From: an uncultured Staphylococcaceae bacterium
GTDB taxonomy: Bacteria > Bacillota_I > Bacilli_A > ML615J-28 > CAG-313
Length of the DNA stretch: 50,851 nucleotides
Reading direction: 5' to 3'
Assembly: GCA_964384805.1 (NCBI GenBank)
Contig: CAYLLO010000005.1
Span: 1 to 50,851, forward strand
Shown: piece by piece, positions 40,935-50,851 of the stretch
Numbering within the stretch: the stretch's first letter is position 1
Layout: every line of letters starts with the position of its first letter
Notes under the pieces: model-generated
Told to the model about the DNA's origin: nothing
The model's database searches: none
The model's input: the letters and a program-made list of their open reading frames with translations, nothing else
Translations under genes and position numbers: made by a program

Positions 40935-41117
40935 TTATTGTTTATTTTTTATTCGGCGCATAACTTCAACTCTAGGAAGCATAATTAATCTTCCACAAGT
41001 TGTACATTCTAGTTTGAAATCAACACCAATGCGTTTAACTTTCCAAGTTTTACCACCACAAGGATGGGGTTTTTTAAATTCTAAAATATCATCTATCTTA
41101 ATAGGATTACTATTCAT
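40935..41117 (-). CDS. DUF951 (YyzM-like) protein
   Basis: KKPHPCGGKTWKVKRIGVDFKLECTTCGR. Confidence 0.92.
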   Translation of the reverse strand: MNSNPIKIDDILEFKKPHPCGGKTWKVKRIGVDFKLECTTCGRLIMLPRVEVMRRIKNKQ

Positions 41118-41119
41118 AA

Positions 41120-41875
41120 TTATTCCTTTAATAATATTTCTCTTGCTAGGTCACGGTATTCTTTAGAACCTCTAGAATTATAGGAGAACTGAATAACAGT
41201 TTTTCCGTACATTGGTGCTTCTTGAATGTGACTAGAAGAACTAATAATTGTTTTAAATGTTTTTTGAGGAAACATAAATTTTACTTTTTCAACAATTTTG
41301 TAACCAAAAGTGTTACGATTATCTAGTTTAGTTAATAGAATTCCTTCAATATCTATTTTTTTTATTCGTTGAATTTCATCAATTTTATTAACCATTTGTG
41401 TTAATGCATCATAAGCATAAAATCCACATTCTACTGGGATAATTACTGAATCACTTGCATATAAAGCATTATCAACAATTAATCCTAAAGATGGGGGACA
41501 ATCAATTAAAATATAATCATAATTATCTTTTATTTTTTCAAGTTTATTCCTTAAAACCCATTCTTTATCTTGGGTATCATATAATAATGTTTCTATTTGA
41601 GATAAACGAATAGAGGCAGGAATAATCTCTAAAGATGGAACTTGCGTTTTTAAGAGCACTTCACTAGGAGATATATCACTAGACAATATATCAACAATGT
41701 CGTATTCTATCTCTTCTCGATTAATTCCTAAACTGATTGTCGCATTTGCTTGTTGATCAAAATCAATTAGCAAAACTTTTTGTTTTTCATTAGCTAAACT
41801 AGCTCCTAAATTAACCGTAGTTGTGGTTTTCCCTACACCACCTTTCTGGTTAACAATAGATATTACTTTTCCCAT
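41120..41875 (-). CDS. soj: ParA/Soj family ATPase
   Basis: NQKGGVGKTTT, IDCPPSLG, IIPVEC, QEAP. Confidence 0.9.
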   Translation of the reverse strand: MGKVISIVNQKGGVGKTTTTVNLGASLANEKQKVLLIDFDQQANATISLGINREEIEYDIVDILSSDISPSEVLLKTQVPSLEIIPASIRLSQIETLLYDTQDKEWVLRNKLEKIKDNYDYILIDCPPSLGLIVDNALYASDSVIIPVECGFYAYDALTQMVNKIDEIQRIKKIDIEGILLTKLDNRNTFGYKIVEKVKFMFPQKTFKTIISSSSHIQEAPMYGKTVIQFSYNSRGSKEYRDLAREILLKE

Positions 41876-41886
41876 AACAATCCTCT

Positions 41887-42570
41887 CTATAATGGTTGTT
41901 TTTTTATTTTTGCGTAAACTCTTGGATATTTTTTTGGTGTTGTTTTCATTTTAGTTATTTCAATGATTGCTCTATGCCCTAAATTTTCGGGTAAATCAAA
42001 TTCATATATATTTGTCACTTGACAATTTAATTCTATTAAAGCCTTATCGGCATCTTTTATTTCTTCTTTGAATGAAGAACCTTTTAAAGCATACATTTTA
42101 CCTTGAACTTTTAACAAAGGAATCGATAATTCTAATAAAATATTTAATGGTGCAACCGCCCTAGAAGTTACCACATCATAGGTTTCTTGTCGTTCTAAAA
42201 GTTCCTCGCTACGTTTATTAATGACGCTAATATTCTTTAGTTTAAGCTTTTGGATAACTTCCGTTAAAAATACACATCGTTTAGTAGTTGGTTCAATTAA
42301 ATCTATCGCTATGTTTTCACAAGCAATCTTTAAAGGAAGCCCAGGAAACCCAGCTCCACTCCCAATATCGGCTACTAATTCGTGGTTATTAACTAATTTA
42401 CTTAAAACTAAGCTATCATAAAAATGTTTAATATATATTTCTTTTTCTTCCGTAATACTCGTTAAATTAATTTTTTTACTCCATTCTTGAAGTAAAAGCA
42501 TATATATATTAAATAATAAAAGTTGTTGGCCATCAAGTTTAAATTCTTTTAAATATTCTTTACTTTCCAT
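41887..42570 (-). CDS. rsmG: 16S rRNA m7G527 methyltransferase
   Basis: [35 protein letters not shown]; start at 42570 or 42582. Confidence 0.95.
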   Translation of the reverse strand: MESKEYLKEFKLDGQQLLLFNIYMLLLQEWSKKINLTSITEEKEIYIKHFYDSLVLSKLVNNHELVADIGSGAGFPGLPLKIACENIAIDLIEPTTKRCVFLTEVIQKLKLKNISVINKRSEELLERQETYDVVTSRAVAPLNILLELSIPLLKVQGKMYALKGSSFKEEIKDADKALIELNCQVTNIYEFDLPENLGHRAIIEITKMKTTPKKYPRVYAKIKKQPL

Positions 42571-44452
42571 GATGACGACCACTTTCTAAATAAACTAGTA
42601 AGATGGAAATATCACTAGGATTCACCCCACTTATTCGGTTAGCTTGTGAAATGGTTACAGGACGAACACGGTCTAATTTTTCACGAGCCTCACTTGCTAG
42701 ATTAGGAATCACATTATAATCAATATCTTCAGGTATTTTCCAATTTTCAAGTTTTAAAATTTTTTGGGCCTCTTTATAAGCTTTATCAATATATCCTTGA
42801 TACTTAACTTCTATCGTTATTTGTTCACTAATTTCTTCAAAATTTAAACCTTCTTTAACTTCTGGATAAATATTGGTCATTTTTAAAATATCTTGATAAC
42901 TAATTTCGGGCCGTTTTATTAATTCTAAAGCCGATACTCCTCCTACCAAGGGAGCAGAACCTTTATTTTCTAAATAAGCGTTAATTTCTGGGGTTGGTGT
43001 TAGACGTACCTCACTTAATCTTCTTTTTTCGTTTTCAATCATTGCCATTTTATCTAAATAGCGCATATATCGTTCTTCACTAATTAACCCTATATCATAC
43101 CCATATTTGGTTAATCTTTGATCAGCATTGTCGTGACGAAGAAGTAATCGATATTCAGCACGTGAGGTTAACATTCGGTAAGGGTCACTTATTCCTTTGG
43201 TTACTAAATCATCAATTAATACTCCAATATAAGCCTCATCACGTCTTAATATTAATGGTTCTTTATTTTCTAAACTTAAAGAGGCGTTAATTCCTGCCAT
43301 TAGTCCTTGACACGCTGCTTCTTCATAACCACTTGTCCCATTTACTTGTCCAGCAAAATATAATCCTTTAACCAATTTAGATTCTAAGGTTGGCTTTAAA
43401 TGAAGTGGATCAATAGCATCATATTCAATAGCATAAGCATATTTAACAATTTCAGCATTTTCAAAGCCTGGTAAACTCTTAACCATCATTTCTTGAACAT
43501 ATTCTGGCATACTTGTCGAGAAGCCTTGAATATAAGTTAATCCTAATTCTAAATTTTCGGGCTCTAAAAATAATTGGTGACGTTCTTTATCCGAAAAACG
43601 TACTAACTTATCCTCAATTGAAGGACAATATCTTGGCCCCACTCCTTCGACAATTCCTGAATACATACTAGATTCATTTAAATGTTCGCGAATAATTCTA
43701 TGTGTTTCAGGAGTAGTATAAGTTAAATAACAAGGAACTTGCTTATCTAATGGCAATAATTTCTTAGGATCTGTTTCATAACTAAATGAAAGAAGGGCAT
43801 CTGTTCCAAGTTCTAATTGGGATACTGAAAAATCAATACTTGAAGTCTTAACTCTCGCAGGTGTTCCCGTTTTTAGTCTTAGTAATTTAAAACCATGTTT
43901 TAGTAATGATTTAGATAATCCGTAATTTGTTGCTTCTCCATCAGGACCTGAGGGATAGTATTCTTTTCCTCTCAAAATTCTTGAAGATAGGAATGTTCCT
44001 GTCGCAATAATTATTTTGGAAGTTTCAAAACTTTTACCATTTTCAAGAATAACCCCTTTGACAATTTTTTCTTCCGTTATTAGTTCATCAACATAACCAA
44101 CCTCTAAATCTAGTAGCGGAGTATTTTTAATCACTTTTTGCATATAAGCAGCATAAGCAACTTTATCAGATTGAACCCGCATTGCACGAACAGCAGGACC
44201 TTTTGATAAATTAAGCATTTTAAACTGTAAAGCCGTTGCATCTGCCGTTTTGGCCATTTGACCACCCAAAGCATCAATTTCTCTAACTAAAATTCCCTTG
44301 GCTGGTCCCCCAATTGAAGGATTACATGGCATACTACCAATATATTTATCATTACCTGTTATAAGTAAGGTCTTTTTCTTTAACCGAGCACATGCTAAAG
44401 CAGCCTCGACTCCAGCATGACCTCCACCAATTACTATTACATCATATTTCAT
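42560..44452 (-). CDS. mnmG: tRNA uridine-5-carboxymethylaminomethyl synthesis enzyme
   Basis: [40 protein letters not shown]; start at MKYDV. Confidence 0.98.
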   Translation of the reverse strand: MKYDVIVIGGGHAGVEAALACARLKKKTLLITGNDKYIGSMPCNPSIGGPAKGILVREIDALGGQMAKTADATALQFKMLNLSKGPAVRAMRVQSDKVAYAAYMQKVIKNTPLLDLEVGYVDELITEEKIVKGVILENGKSFETSKIIIATGTFLSSRILRGKEYYPSGPDGEATNYGLSKSLLKHGFKLLRLKTGTPARVKTSSIDFSVSQLELGTDALLSFSYETDPKKLLPLDKQVPCYLTYTTPETHRIIREHLNESSMYSGIVEGVGPRYCPSIEDKLVRFSDKERHQLFLEPENLELGLTYIQGFSTSMPEYVQEMMVKSLPGFENAEIVKYAYAIEYDAIDPLHLKPTLESKLVKGLYFAGQVNGTSGYEEAACQGLMAGINASLSLENKEPLILRRDEAYIGVLIDDLVTKGISDPYRMLTSRAEYRLLLRHDNADQRLTKYGYDIGLISEERYMRYLDKMAMIENEKRRLSEVRLTPTPEINAYLENKGSAPLVGGVSALELIKRPEISYQDILKMTNIYPEVKEGLNFEEISEQITIEVKYQGYIDKAYKEAQKILKLENWKIPEDIDYNVIPNLASEAREKLDRVRPVTISQANRISGVNPSDISILLVYLESGRHHGK

Positions 44453-44673
44453 CGGAAAAATAACCCCCAAATTACAATAACTACAATAACTAATACTCCA
44501 AATAGTAATCCAATTAATTTATCCATAGATTTTTTCATTTTGGCTTTTCGTTCTTCTTCATGGCGTTTTTTTATTTCCGTCTTTCTTTTTTCGTTCATTG
44601 GAAGGGGCGCCATACAGAAATCACATGTTAAATTGTCGTATTTATTTTCATTATGACAACGAGGACAAATCAT
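44449..44673 (-). CDS. Small zinc-ribbon protein with C-terminal TM anchor
   Basis: CPRC-x10-CDFC, charged helix, hydrophobic tail; AAGGTG RBS; ATGA overlap with mnmG. Confidence 0.8.
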   Translation of the reverse strand: MICPRCHNENKYDNLTCDFCMAPLPMNEKRKTEIKKRHEEERKAKMKKSMDKLIGLLFGVLVIVVIVIWGLFFR

Positions 44674-44894
44674 ATTATCACCTTTTCTTTATAACACTAT
44701 TTATTATTATATCACAATCTTCTTTTTTTGAAAACTCATATTACTTTTAAAATATCCCTTTTTTATTCTTAATCAATATTTTTTTTCTTGTCTATAAGGA
44801 TTTTAGCATTTTATCTTTATCAAACGCAAAGTAAAAACAAGATAAGACCTTAGCATACCTTGTTTTATTGTAAATATATTATGTTGTTTATTTT

Positions 44895-46745
44895 TTATAT
44901 TTCTTTTCCCGCAAACTGTGTCATATATAAATCATAATATTTACCTTGTTTTTGAAGTAATTCGTAATGATTACCTTGTTCCACAATTTCTCCTTTATCA
45001 ATAACCACAATAACATCAGCATCTTGAATGGTTGATAAACGATGGGCAATTATTAAACTTGTTCGATTATGCATTAGGTTAGCCATTGCATCTTGAATAT
45101 TTTTTTCTGTTCTCGTATCAACACTCGAAGTTGCTTCATCTAAAATTAAGATTTTAGGGTCGGCTAATACTGCCCTTCCTATAGATAATAGCTGACGTTG
45201 TCCTTGGGAAAGGTTGGTTCCACCTTCTGACAAAACGGTATCATATTTATCAGTTAAATTTCTAATAAAATAATTGGAGTTACTTAAAATACCTGCTGCC
45301 TTAACTTCTTCATCAGTAGCCTTTTCATTTCCGTATTTTAAGTTATTTTTAATGGTATCTTTAAATAAGACTGTATCTTGAAGAACGATTGCGATGGCAT
45401 TACGTAAATCATCTTTTGGAATATCCTTAATATTAACTCCATCTAATAAGATTTCCCCACTATCTACATCATAAAACCGCATTAATAAATTAACAACAGT
45501 GGTTTTACCACTTCCCGTAGCCCCTACTAAAGCAATTTTTTGTCCTGGTTTAACACTTAAAGTAAAGTTTTTTAAAACTGGTTGTCCTTCTTCATAACTA
45601 AAATTAATATGATTAAACTCAATATTACCTTTAAATTCCTTTTCATCTATCTTAATAGTTCCTTGATCAACTTCATTATCACTATCTAATATTTCAAATA
45701 CCCGTTCAGCACAAGCCGTAGCGGTTAAGATTTGTCCATAAAGATTAGCAATTTCATTAATTGGTCTCGTAAATTGACGACTACTACTTAGGAATAAGGT
45801 AATTGTTCCAATAGAAATTACCATCCCAAATGGTTCATTGACCGCAATATATGCTCCAACAGCAGTAACTAATACATATCCTAAGTTACCAATGAAGTTC
45901 ATAATTGGTCCCATTGAACCCCCCCAGATTTGAGCAAGAATAGAAGTTTTGGTATATTTATTACTAATATCATTAAATTCTTTAATCACTTTATCTTCTT
46001 TATTATAAGCTACAACTGTTTTATATCCAGTAATCATTTCTTCCGCATGCCCATTAAGTTCTCCTAAAATACTTGATTGAGCTTTAAAATACTTACGCAT
46101 TTTCCCCGTTAAGATTTTAGATAACACGAGCGTTAATACTACGGTAACCATCGTTACAAGGGTTAAAAACCAGCTATAATAAATCATAATAATAAGCGTT
46201 CCAACGATTGTCATGACCCCAGAAATTAAAGATGCTATTGACTGTGAAATGGTATTACTAATATTTTCTACATCATTAGTCATTCTACTCATTAAATCTC
46301 CGTGAGAATGGGTATCTAAAAATTTAATTGGTAGTTTAACAAATTTTTCAAATAAGTCGGTACGAATTTTTCTTACTGTTTCTAAAGATAACTTAGAAGA
46401 TACTATTTGTCTAAAATAGCTAAATATTGTCACTAATATATAAGAAACAGCTAGCAAAATAATATATTTAACTGCTCTATTCCAACCATAGTTTGCTGAT
46501 TTAAAGTCAAGAGCATCAATGACTTCTTTTTGGAAAATTGGTGATAGTAAACTTAAAATAGTCATTACAACCATTATCAACATTAACGTAATAAATAACC
46601 CTTTTCGATAATTAATATATTTTATTAATTTCTTGAATGTTGCCTTGAAATCTTTGGGTTTTTCTACAAAAACATTTCTTGGCCCTCGCCCAGGTCCGCC
46701 CATTGGACGATTTTGAGGCATTTGATTAGGTTTATTATTTGACAT
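44895..46745 (-). CDS. ABC exporter half-transporter (catalytic-Glu subunit)
   Basis: TMD + GATGSGKTT, LSQGQ, LDEATS, IAHRL. Confidence 0.93.
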   Translation of the reverse strand: MSNNKPNQMPQNRPMGGPGRGPRNVFVEKPKDFKATFKKLIKYINYRKGLFITLMLIMVVMTILSLLSPIFQKEVIDALDFKSANYGWNRAVKYIILLAVSYILVTIFSYFRQIVSSKLSLETVRKIRTDLFEKFVKLPIKFLDTHSHGDLMSRMTNDVENISNTISQSIASLISGVMTIVGTLIIMIYYSWFLTLVTMVTVVLTLVLSKILTGKMRKYFKAQSSILGELNGHAEEMITGYKTVVAYNKEDKVIKEFNDISNKYTKTSILAQIWGGSMGPIMNFIGNLGYVLVTAVGAYIAVNEPFGMVISIGTITLFLSSSRQFTRPINEIANLYGQILTATACAERVFEILDSDNEVDQGTIKIDEKEFKGNIEFNHINFSYEEGQPVLKNFTLSVKPGQKIALVGATGSGKTTVVNLLMRFYDVDSGEILLDGVNIKDIPKDDLRNAIAIVLQDTVLFKDTIKNNLKYGNEKATDEEVKAAGILSNSNYFIRNLTDKYDTVLSEGGTNLSQGQRQLLSIGRAVLADPKILILDEATSSVDTRTEKNIQDAMANLMHNRTSLIIAHRLSTIQDADVIVVIDKGEIVEQGNHYELLQKQGKYYDLYMTQFAGKEI

Positions 46746-48469
46746 TATTCTTCACCTTCTTTCTTTAATTGTGAATTATAAATATCAATATAAATAGGGC
46801 TTGATTGCATTAATTCATCATGGGTACCGATTGAGGCAATTTTGCCATCATTTAAAACCACAATCTTATCCGCATTTCTAACACTAGCAACGCGTTGAGC
46901 AATCGTGATAATAGTCATCTCTTTTAAATCTTTATTAATGGCCTTATATAGATCTGCTTCTGTTTTTAAATCTAAAGCACTTGTTGAATCATCAAAAATA
47001 AGAATTTCTGGTTTTTTTATTAGGGCTCTCGCAATAGAAACACGTTGTTTTTGACCACCTGATAATGATGATCCTTTTTCAGCAACATATGTCTCGTATC
47101 CTTCATTAAAGTTTTCGATAAAGGCATCCGCTTGAGCAAGACTGGCAGCATACTTTACTTCTTCTAATGTCGCATCATCTTTTCCCCAACAAATATTATC
47201 TTTAATAGTTCCCGAATATAATTCACTTTTTTGAAGAACCATTGCTACTTTATTTCTTAAGGCATGAAAGGTATAATCTTTTACGTTCACTCCATCAACT
47301 AAGACTTCCCCACTTGTAGTATCATAAAATCGCGTAATCAAATTAACAAGTGTACTTTTTCCACATCCAGTTGAACCTAAAATTCCTATTTTTTCTCCCT
47401 TATTGACTTTTAAATTAATATTATCTAAAACCACTTCGCCACTAGAATTAGGATATGAAAAGCTGACATTTTTAAATTCAACTGTCCCTTTTTCAACTGA
47501 CTCTTGCATAACTCCTTCCGTAACGGCTGGGGTACAATCTAAAACCATATTTAATCGTTTAATACTAGCAACTCCTCGAACAATACTTTGGAAGAACATT
47601 GCGAGCATCAAGAAACCATTTAGAATAGTAGAAATATAGGTAATAGCAGCACTTAAATCTCCTATTTCTAATCCTCCATTATTAGTAATATTATACCCTC
47701 CGATATATAGAATAGCCACCATTGCTGAATAAAAAATAATATTGATAAATGGTGATAATAAAGCCATTATCTTATAGATTTTCCAATTGATATTAAATAA
47801 ATTATCATTAGCTTTTTTAAATCTTCTACTTTCTTTTTCTTCGGCAGTATAGGCTTTAACTACTCTTGCCCCTGTAACATTTTCTTGGACAACCGCATTT
47901 ACATCATCAACACGCTCTTGTACTTTTCCAAATAGCGGAGCAATTTTAATTAAGAAAATAATCATAATTACTAGCATTAAAGGTAAAGCAACAAACAAAA
48001 TCGGTCTAAAATCAGTACTAATACGGAGTAAGAAATAAATACCCATTCCAAATTGCATGAGTTGTCTAATCATCATTCGCATCGACATTGAAACAATATT
48101 GGTTACTTGAGTAACATCATTGGTAAGTCTTGTTACTAAAGAACCAGTTGTAAAATTATCAGTTTGTTCAAAACTTAAATTAATAATACGATTAAATAAG
48201 TCTTTACGCATATCATTAGAATAGTTGAATGCCGCAAGATTAGTAAATACTCCTGATAAAATACCAAACATTCCGCCCGCTAAAACTAATAATAACATCT
48301 TAATACCCGTCTCAATTATAAATTCTAAATCTTTATTCGCAAGACCTATATCAACAATATCAGCCATTAACATTGGTTGAAGCAAATCCATTAATACCTC
48401 ACCCACCATAAATATAGGGGCAAGTAATGCTAAAAACCAATATTTTTTTAAATACTTAAAAATCCTCAT
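46745..48469 (-). CDS. ABC exporter half-transporter (degenerate-site subunit)
   Basis: TMD + GSTGCGKS, LSGGQ, IFDDSTS (D for E), IAQR (Q for H): TM287/288-type heterodimer. Confidence 0.93.
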   Translation of the reverse strand: MRIFKYLKKYWFLALLAPIFMVGEVLMDLLQPMLMADIVDIGLANKDLEFIIETGIKMLLLVLAGGMFGILSGVFTNLAAFNYSNDMRKDLFNRIINLSFEQTDNFTTGSLVTRLTNDVTQVTNIVSMSMRMMIRQLMQFGMGIYFLLRISTDFRPILFVALPLMLVIMIIFLIKIAPLFGKVQERVDDVNAVVQENVTGARVVKAYTAEEKESRRFKKANDNLFNINWKIYKIMALLSPFINIIFYSAMVAILYIGGYNITNNGGLEIGDLSAAITYISTILNGFLMLAMFFQSIVRGVASIKRLNMVLDCTPAVTEGVMQESVEKGTVEFKNVSFSYPNSSGEVVLDNINLKVNKGEKIGILGSTGCGKSTLVNLITRFYDTTSGEVLVDGVNVKDYTFHALRNKVAMVLQKSELYSGTIKDNICWGKDDATLEEVKYAASLAQADAFIENFNEGYETYVAEKGSSLSGGQKQRVSIARALIKKPEILIFDDSTSALDLKTEADLYKAINKDLKEMTIITIAQRVASVRNADKIVVLNDGKIASIGTHDELMQSSPIYIDIYNSQLKKEGEE

Positions 48470-48936
48470 TTTTTATAGTCCTCCAACATCTTCTCTGCTA
48501 ATTTTCTCAATACTTTTTTTGTAATATTCAATTCTTCTTCATCAATTTCCTTAGTTAAAATTGCTTCAAATTCTTGAACATTTTTCTTTTCTTCATCACA
48601 AATCTTTTTACCCGCTTCCGTGATTTGGACCTTAATACATCTTTGATCTTTTGTACTAGTAGTTCTAGTTATTAACCCATCGACTTCCATTTTTTGTAAC
48701 GCTACACTAGCCGTTGATGGACGGACATGAATTTTTTCCACAAGTTCTACTTGTGTCAAATATTCGTGGTGATCTAAATGAATTAAAATCGCATGAACCG
48801 TATTAGATACCTCTTTGTTAACCCTTGAATTATGAATTTTATGAGCAAACAAATGATGAACATCTCTTACTAACATCATAAGGGTTTTATTTTCATCTAA
48901 TATACACTCTTTGGGAGCCTCATCTAATTTATACAT
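48466..48936 (-). CDS. MarR family regulator
   Basis: LTQVEL...PSTASVALQKMEVDGLITR...DQR...ITEAGK. Confidence 0.92.
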   Translation of the reverse strand: MYKLDEAPKECILDENKTLMMLVRDVHHLFAHKIHNSRVNKEVSNTVHAILIHLDHHEYLTQVELVEKIHVRPSTASVALQKMEVDGLITRTTSTKDQRCIKVQITEAGKKICDEEKKNVQEFEAILTKEIDEEELNITKKVLRKLAEKMLEDYKK

Positions 48937-48952
48937 TGTTTCCTCCTTTATT

Positions 48953-48999
48953 TAATTAGTTACCTAACTAATTATAATCTTTTTAACCCTTTTTTGCAA
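48953..48999 (-). promoter_or_regulatory. MarR operon promoter and operator
   Basis: TTGCAA-17-TATAAT; perfect dyad TAATTAGTTA-CC-TAACTAATTA (48953-48974) overlapping the -10 and start site. Confidence 0.75.
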
Positions 49000-49237
49000 T
49001 TAATTTGTAAAAAAACATTTTCTTGTTAACGATGTCCACCTTTATTATACACAAAATAACTTTGAATAAAGACCTAACCGAAAAAAATGCACCTAAATAG
49101 ATGCATAATTTCTTAATTTTGATGTTAAAATCATTATGTTTTTATTATAACTCTAATAATTATAGACAAATTTTAATTTGTGCTACTACCATTTTAATAC
49201 TACTTTTAAGCATTGGTCAAACAGACAATCTCATAAA

Positions 49238-49392
49238 TTATTCTTTTTCTGTTACATTATACTTATGAACGTCATCCCAATTACGACGAACAACAATTTC
49301 GGCTGTTAAGTTTGTGTTATCAAACACAATTGACCATTGCGTATTACTGGTAATTTCTGTTTCACTTGGTTGTTGTGCAGCAGCTTTTAGGC
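49238..49392 (-). pseudogene. C-terminal fragment of a linear amide C-N (Ntn) hydrolase-like gene
   Basis: LKAAAQ...TQWSIVFDNTNLTAEIVVRRNW resembles the family C-terminus; no N-terminal portion present. Confidence 0.5.
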
Positions 49393-49528
49393 ATCCCACG
49401 CGTGTCATAGGTGTAATTCTCCTCCTGCTCATTCAACAACTTTACCATTGCCTGATCCATCATTAATAGAGAAATGGCCTTCTTTATTATTCTATTTTTC
49501 AAAATTATTATAAATCAATTTTTGACAA

Positions 49529-50719
49529 TCAATTAAGCAGCCAATCCGCAATATCAACAATCCGTACCCCCTCATACTGGTACTCATCGTGTCGAGTACG
49601 AGCAATTACCATCTTGGGATAAGCATCCTTAATTTGAAGTAACGGCAAAACCTCACGTTCAAAAGTCTTGTTATCGCTAATATTATCCGAAACTTGTATA
49701 TAAATCTTTTCATTACGTTTGATGGCAACAAAGTCGATTTCTTTTTTGTAAAGCACGCCAACATAGACCTCATATCCTCTACGAAGCAGCTCTATCGCAA
49801 CTACATTTTCAAGGATTCTGCCGTAGTCCATATTCTTTGTGCCGAGTTTGGCGTAGCGGAAGGTATGGTCACTCAAATAATACTTATCGTTGCTTGAAAG
49901 ATACTTTTTGCCCTTGATGTCATATCTATGGACTTTATAAAAGGCAAAGGCATTGCACAAATACTGAATATACAAACTAATGGTAACGTGGTTGACTTTT
50001 TCCTTTAATCCGCTGAAAGTGTTCGTAATATTTCGTGCCGAGGTTAGATTGGAGATGTTGTCCATAAGAAAATCTACAAGTCTATCCATCAACTGCATAT
50101 TACGGATTTTATATTTCTTGCGAATATCACGGACAATTAAGGTATTGAAAACATCAGCAATGTAATCATACTTGTCTTCTTGATCTTTATACAGATATGA
50201 TCCAGCCATGCCACCCTCAATCATATACTTATCAACGGCGGCATACTTATCGCTGTAACCAAAATATTGAATATATTCGCTGAACGAGAATGGGAACACC
50301 TTGATTTCAAATGTTCTCCCTGTAAACAGCGTAGCAAGGTCAGAACTCAAAAGAAAGGCATTCGAGCCGGTGATATAAATATCAAACTTTTCGGATGCAT
50401 GCAGACCGTTGATTGCTTTCTCAAAGTCGGTACACATCTGAACTTCATCAATCAAAACAAAATTTTCTTTGCCTGCTACATACTGCGAATTGATGTAGTC
50501 GTACAAGGGGCGATATTCAAGCAGATGGTCAAACTCTGGTAAGTTGAAGTTGATTTGAATGATGTTATGGTCTGGTACACTCTGTTCGATATGATTTTTG
50601 AACGTTTCAAGCAGCTTGGACTTTCCACTACGACGAACACCTGTAATGACTTTAATATCCGGAGTACCGATTACATTGATAAGTTTTTCTAAATAATGAT
50701 TTCGAGTTATAAGTTTCAT
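49529..50719 (-). CDS. AAA_14 ATPase with DUF4143 (nuclease-like) C-terminus
   Basis: GVRRSGKS, IDEVQ, ITGSN, GGM, KYYLSD, LENVV.IEL, EIDFVA, YIQVS. Confidence 0.92.
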   Translation of the reverse strand: MKLITRNHYLEKLINVIGTPDIKVITGVRRSGKSKLLETFKNHIEQSVPDHNIIQINFNLPEFDHLLEYRPLYDYINSQYVAGKENFVLIDEVQMCTDFEKAINGLHASEKFDIYITGSNAFLLSSDLATLFTGRTFEIKVFPFSFSEYIQYFGYSDKYAAVDKYMIEGGMAGSYLYKDQEDKYDYIADVFNTLIVRDIRKKYKIRNMQLMDRLVDFLMDNISNLTSARNITNTFSGLKEKVNHVTISLYIQYLCNAFAFYKVHRYDIKGKKYLSSNDKYYLSDHTFRYAKLGTKNMDYGRILENVVAIELLRRGYEVYVGVLYKKEIDFVAIKRNEKIYIQVSDNISDNKTFEREVLPLLQIKDAYPKMVIARTRHDEYQYEGVRIVDIADWLLN

Positions 50720-50741
50720 GATGCATCACCTCACAGTTTAT

Positions 50742-50770
50742 ATTATACCACAATTTCTTGCCATTTTCAA
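50742..50770 (-). promoter_or_regulatory. Promoter of the AAA-DUF4143 gene
   Basis: TTGAAA-17-TATAAT with TG extension; dyad TTGCCATTTT...AAAATGGTAA flanks the -35. Confidence 0.65.
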
Positions 50771-50851
50771 TAAATTTTCAAAAATGGTAAATAGAAATCT
50801 GATTGTTTTGTGATATATTCAAAATAGTAGTTTTATGAAATTTACAAAATA

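Noticed and set aside
46745-48469. Non-canonical Walker B and H-loop as an inactive transporter
   Set aside because: Standard degenerate site of heterodimeric ABC exporters.

Overview
AT-rich (roughly 70% A+T by eye) chromosomal segment of a Bacilli/Mollicutes-related bacterium. It reads with the standard code 11: TGA acts as stop in ATGA overlaps. Housekeeping content: tRNA-Gln and tRNA-Tyr, lysS, yebC, hslO, an M18 aminopeptidase, maf, yabO, ftsH, tilS, pyk, a liv branched-chain amino acid ABC operon, apbE-sufCDSUB, mnmG-rsmG-soj-DUF951 (no parB), and MarR with a heterodimeric ABC exporter. It also carries sporulation and cell-wall genes (yabP-yabQ; alpha/beta hydrolase-murF-ddl), three large surface proteins, a YhbD/bactofilin-like operon, a Schlafen/AlbA_2-RecG-C-wHTH gene and a higher-GC AAA-DUF4143 gene. 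The strongest unexplained signals are: (1) the AlbA gene, whose promoter inverted-repeat word is repeated three times in frame inside its own coding sequence just before the HTH; (2) a 22-bp inverted-repeat-flanked segment holding a strong promoter that points away from a SipW/TasA-type surface protein gene, a candidate invertible phase-variation switch in the OFF state; (3) a LivF ATPase with an inserted helix-hairpin-helix-like domain; (4) matching sigma-E-like promoters before yabPQ and the murF-ddl operon. All calls come from reading the sequence; no searches were run.
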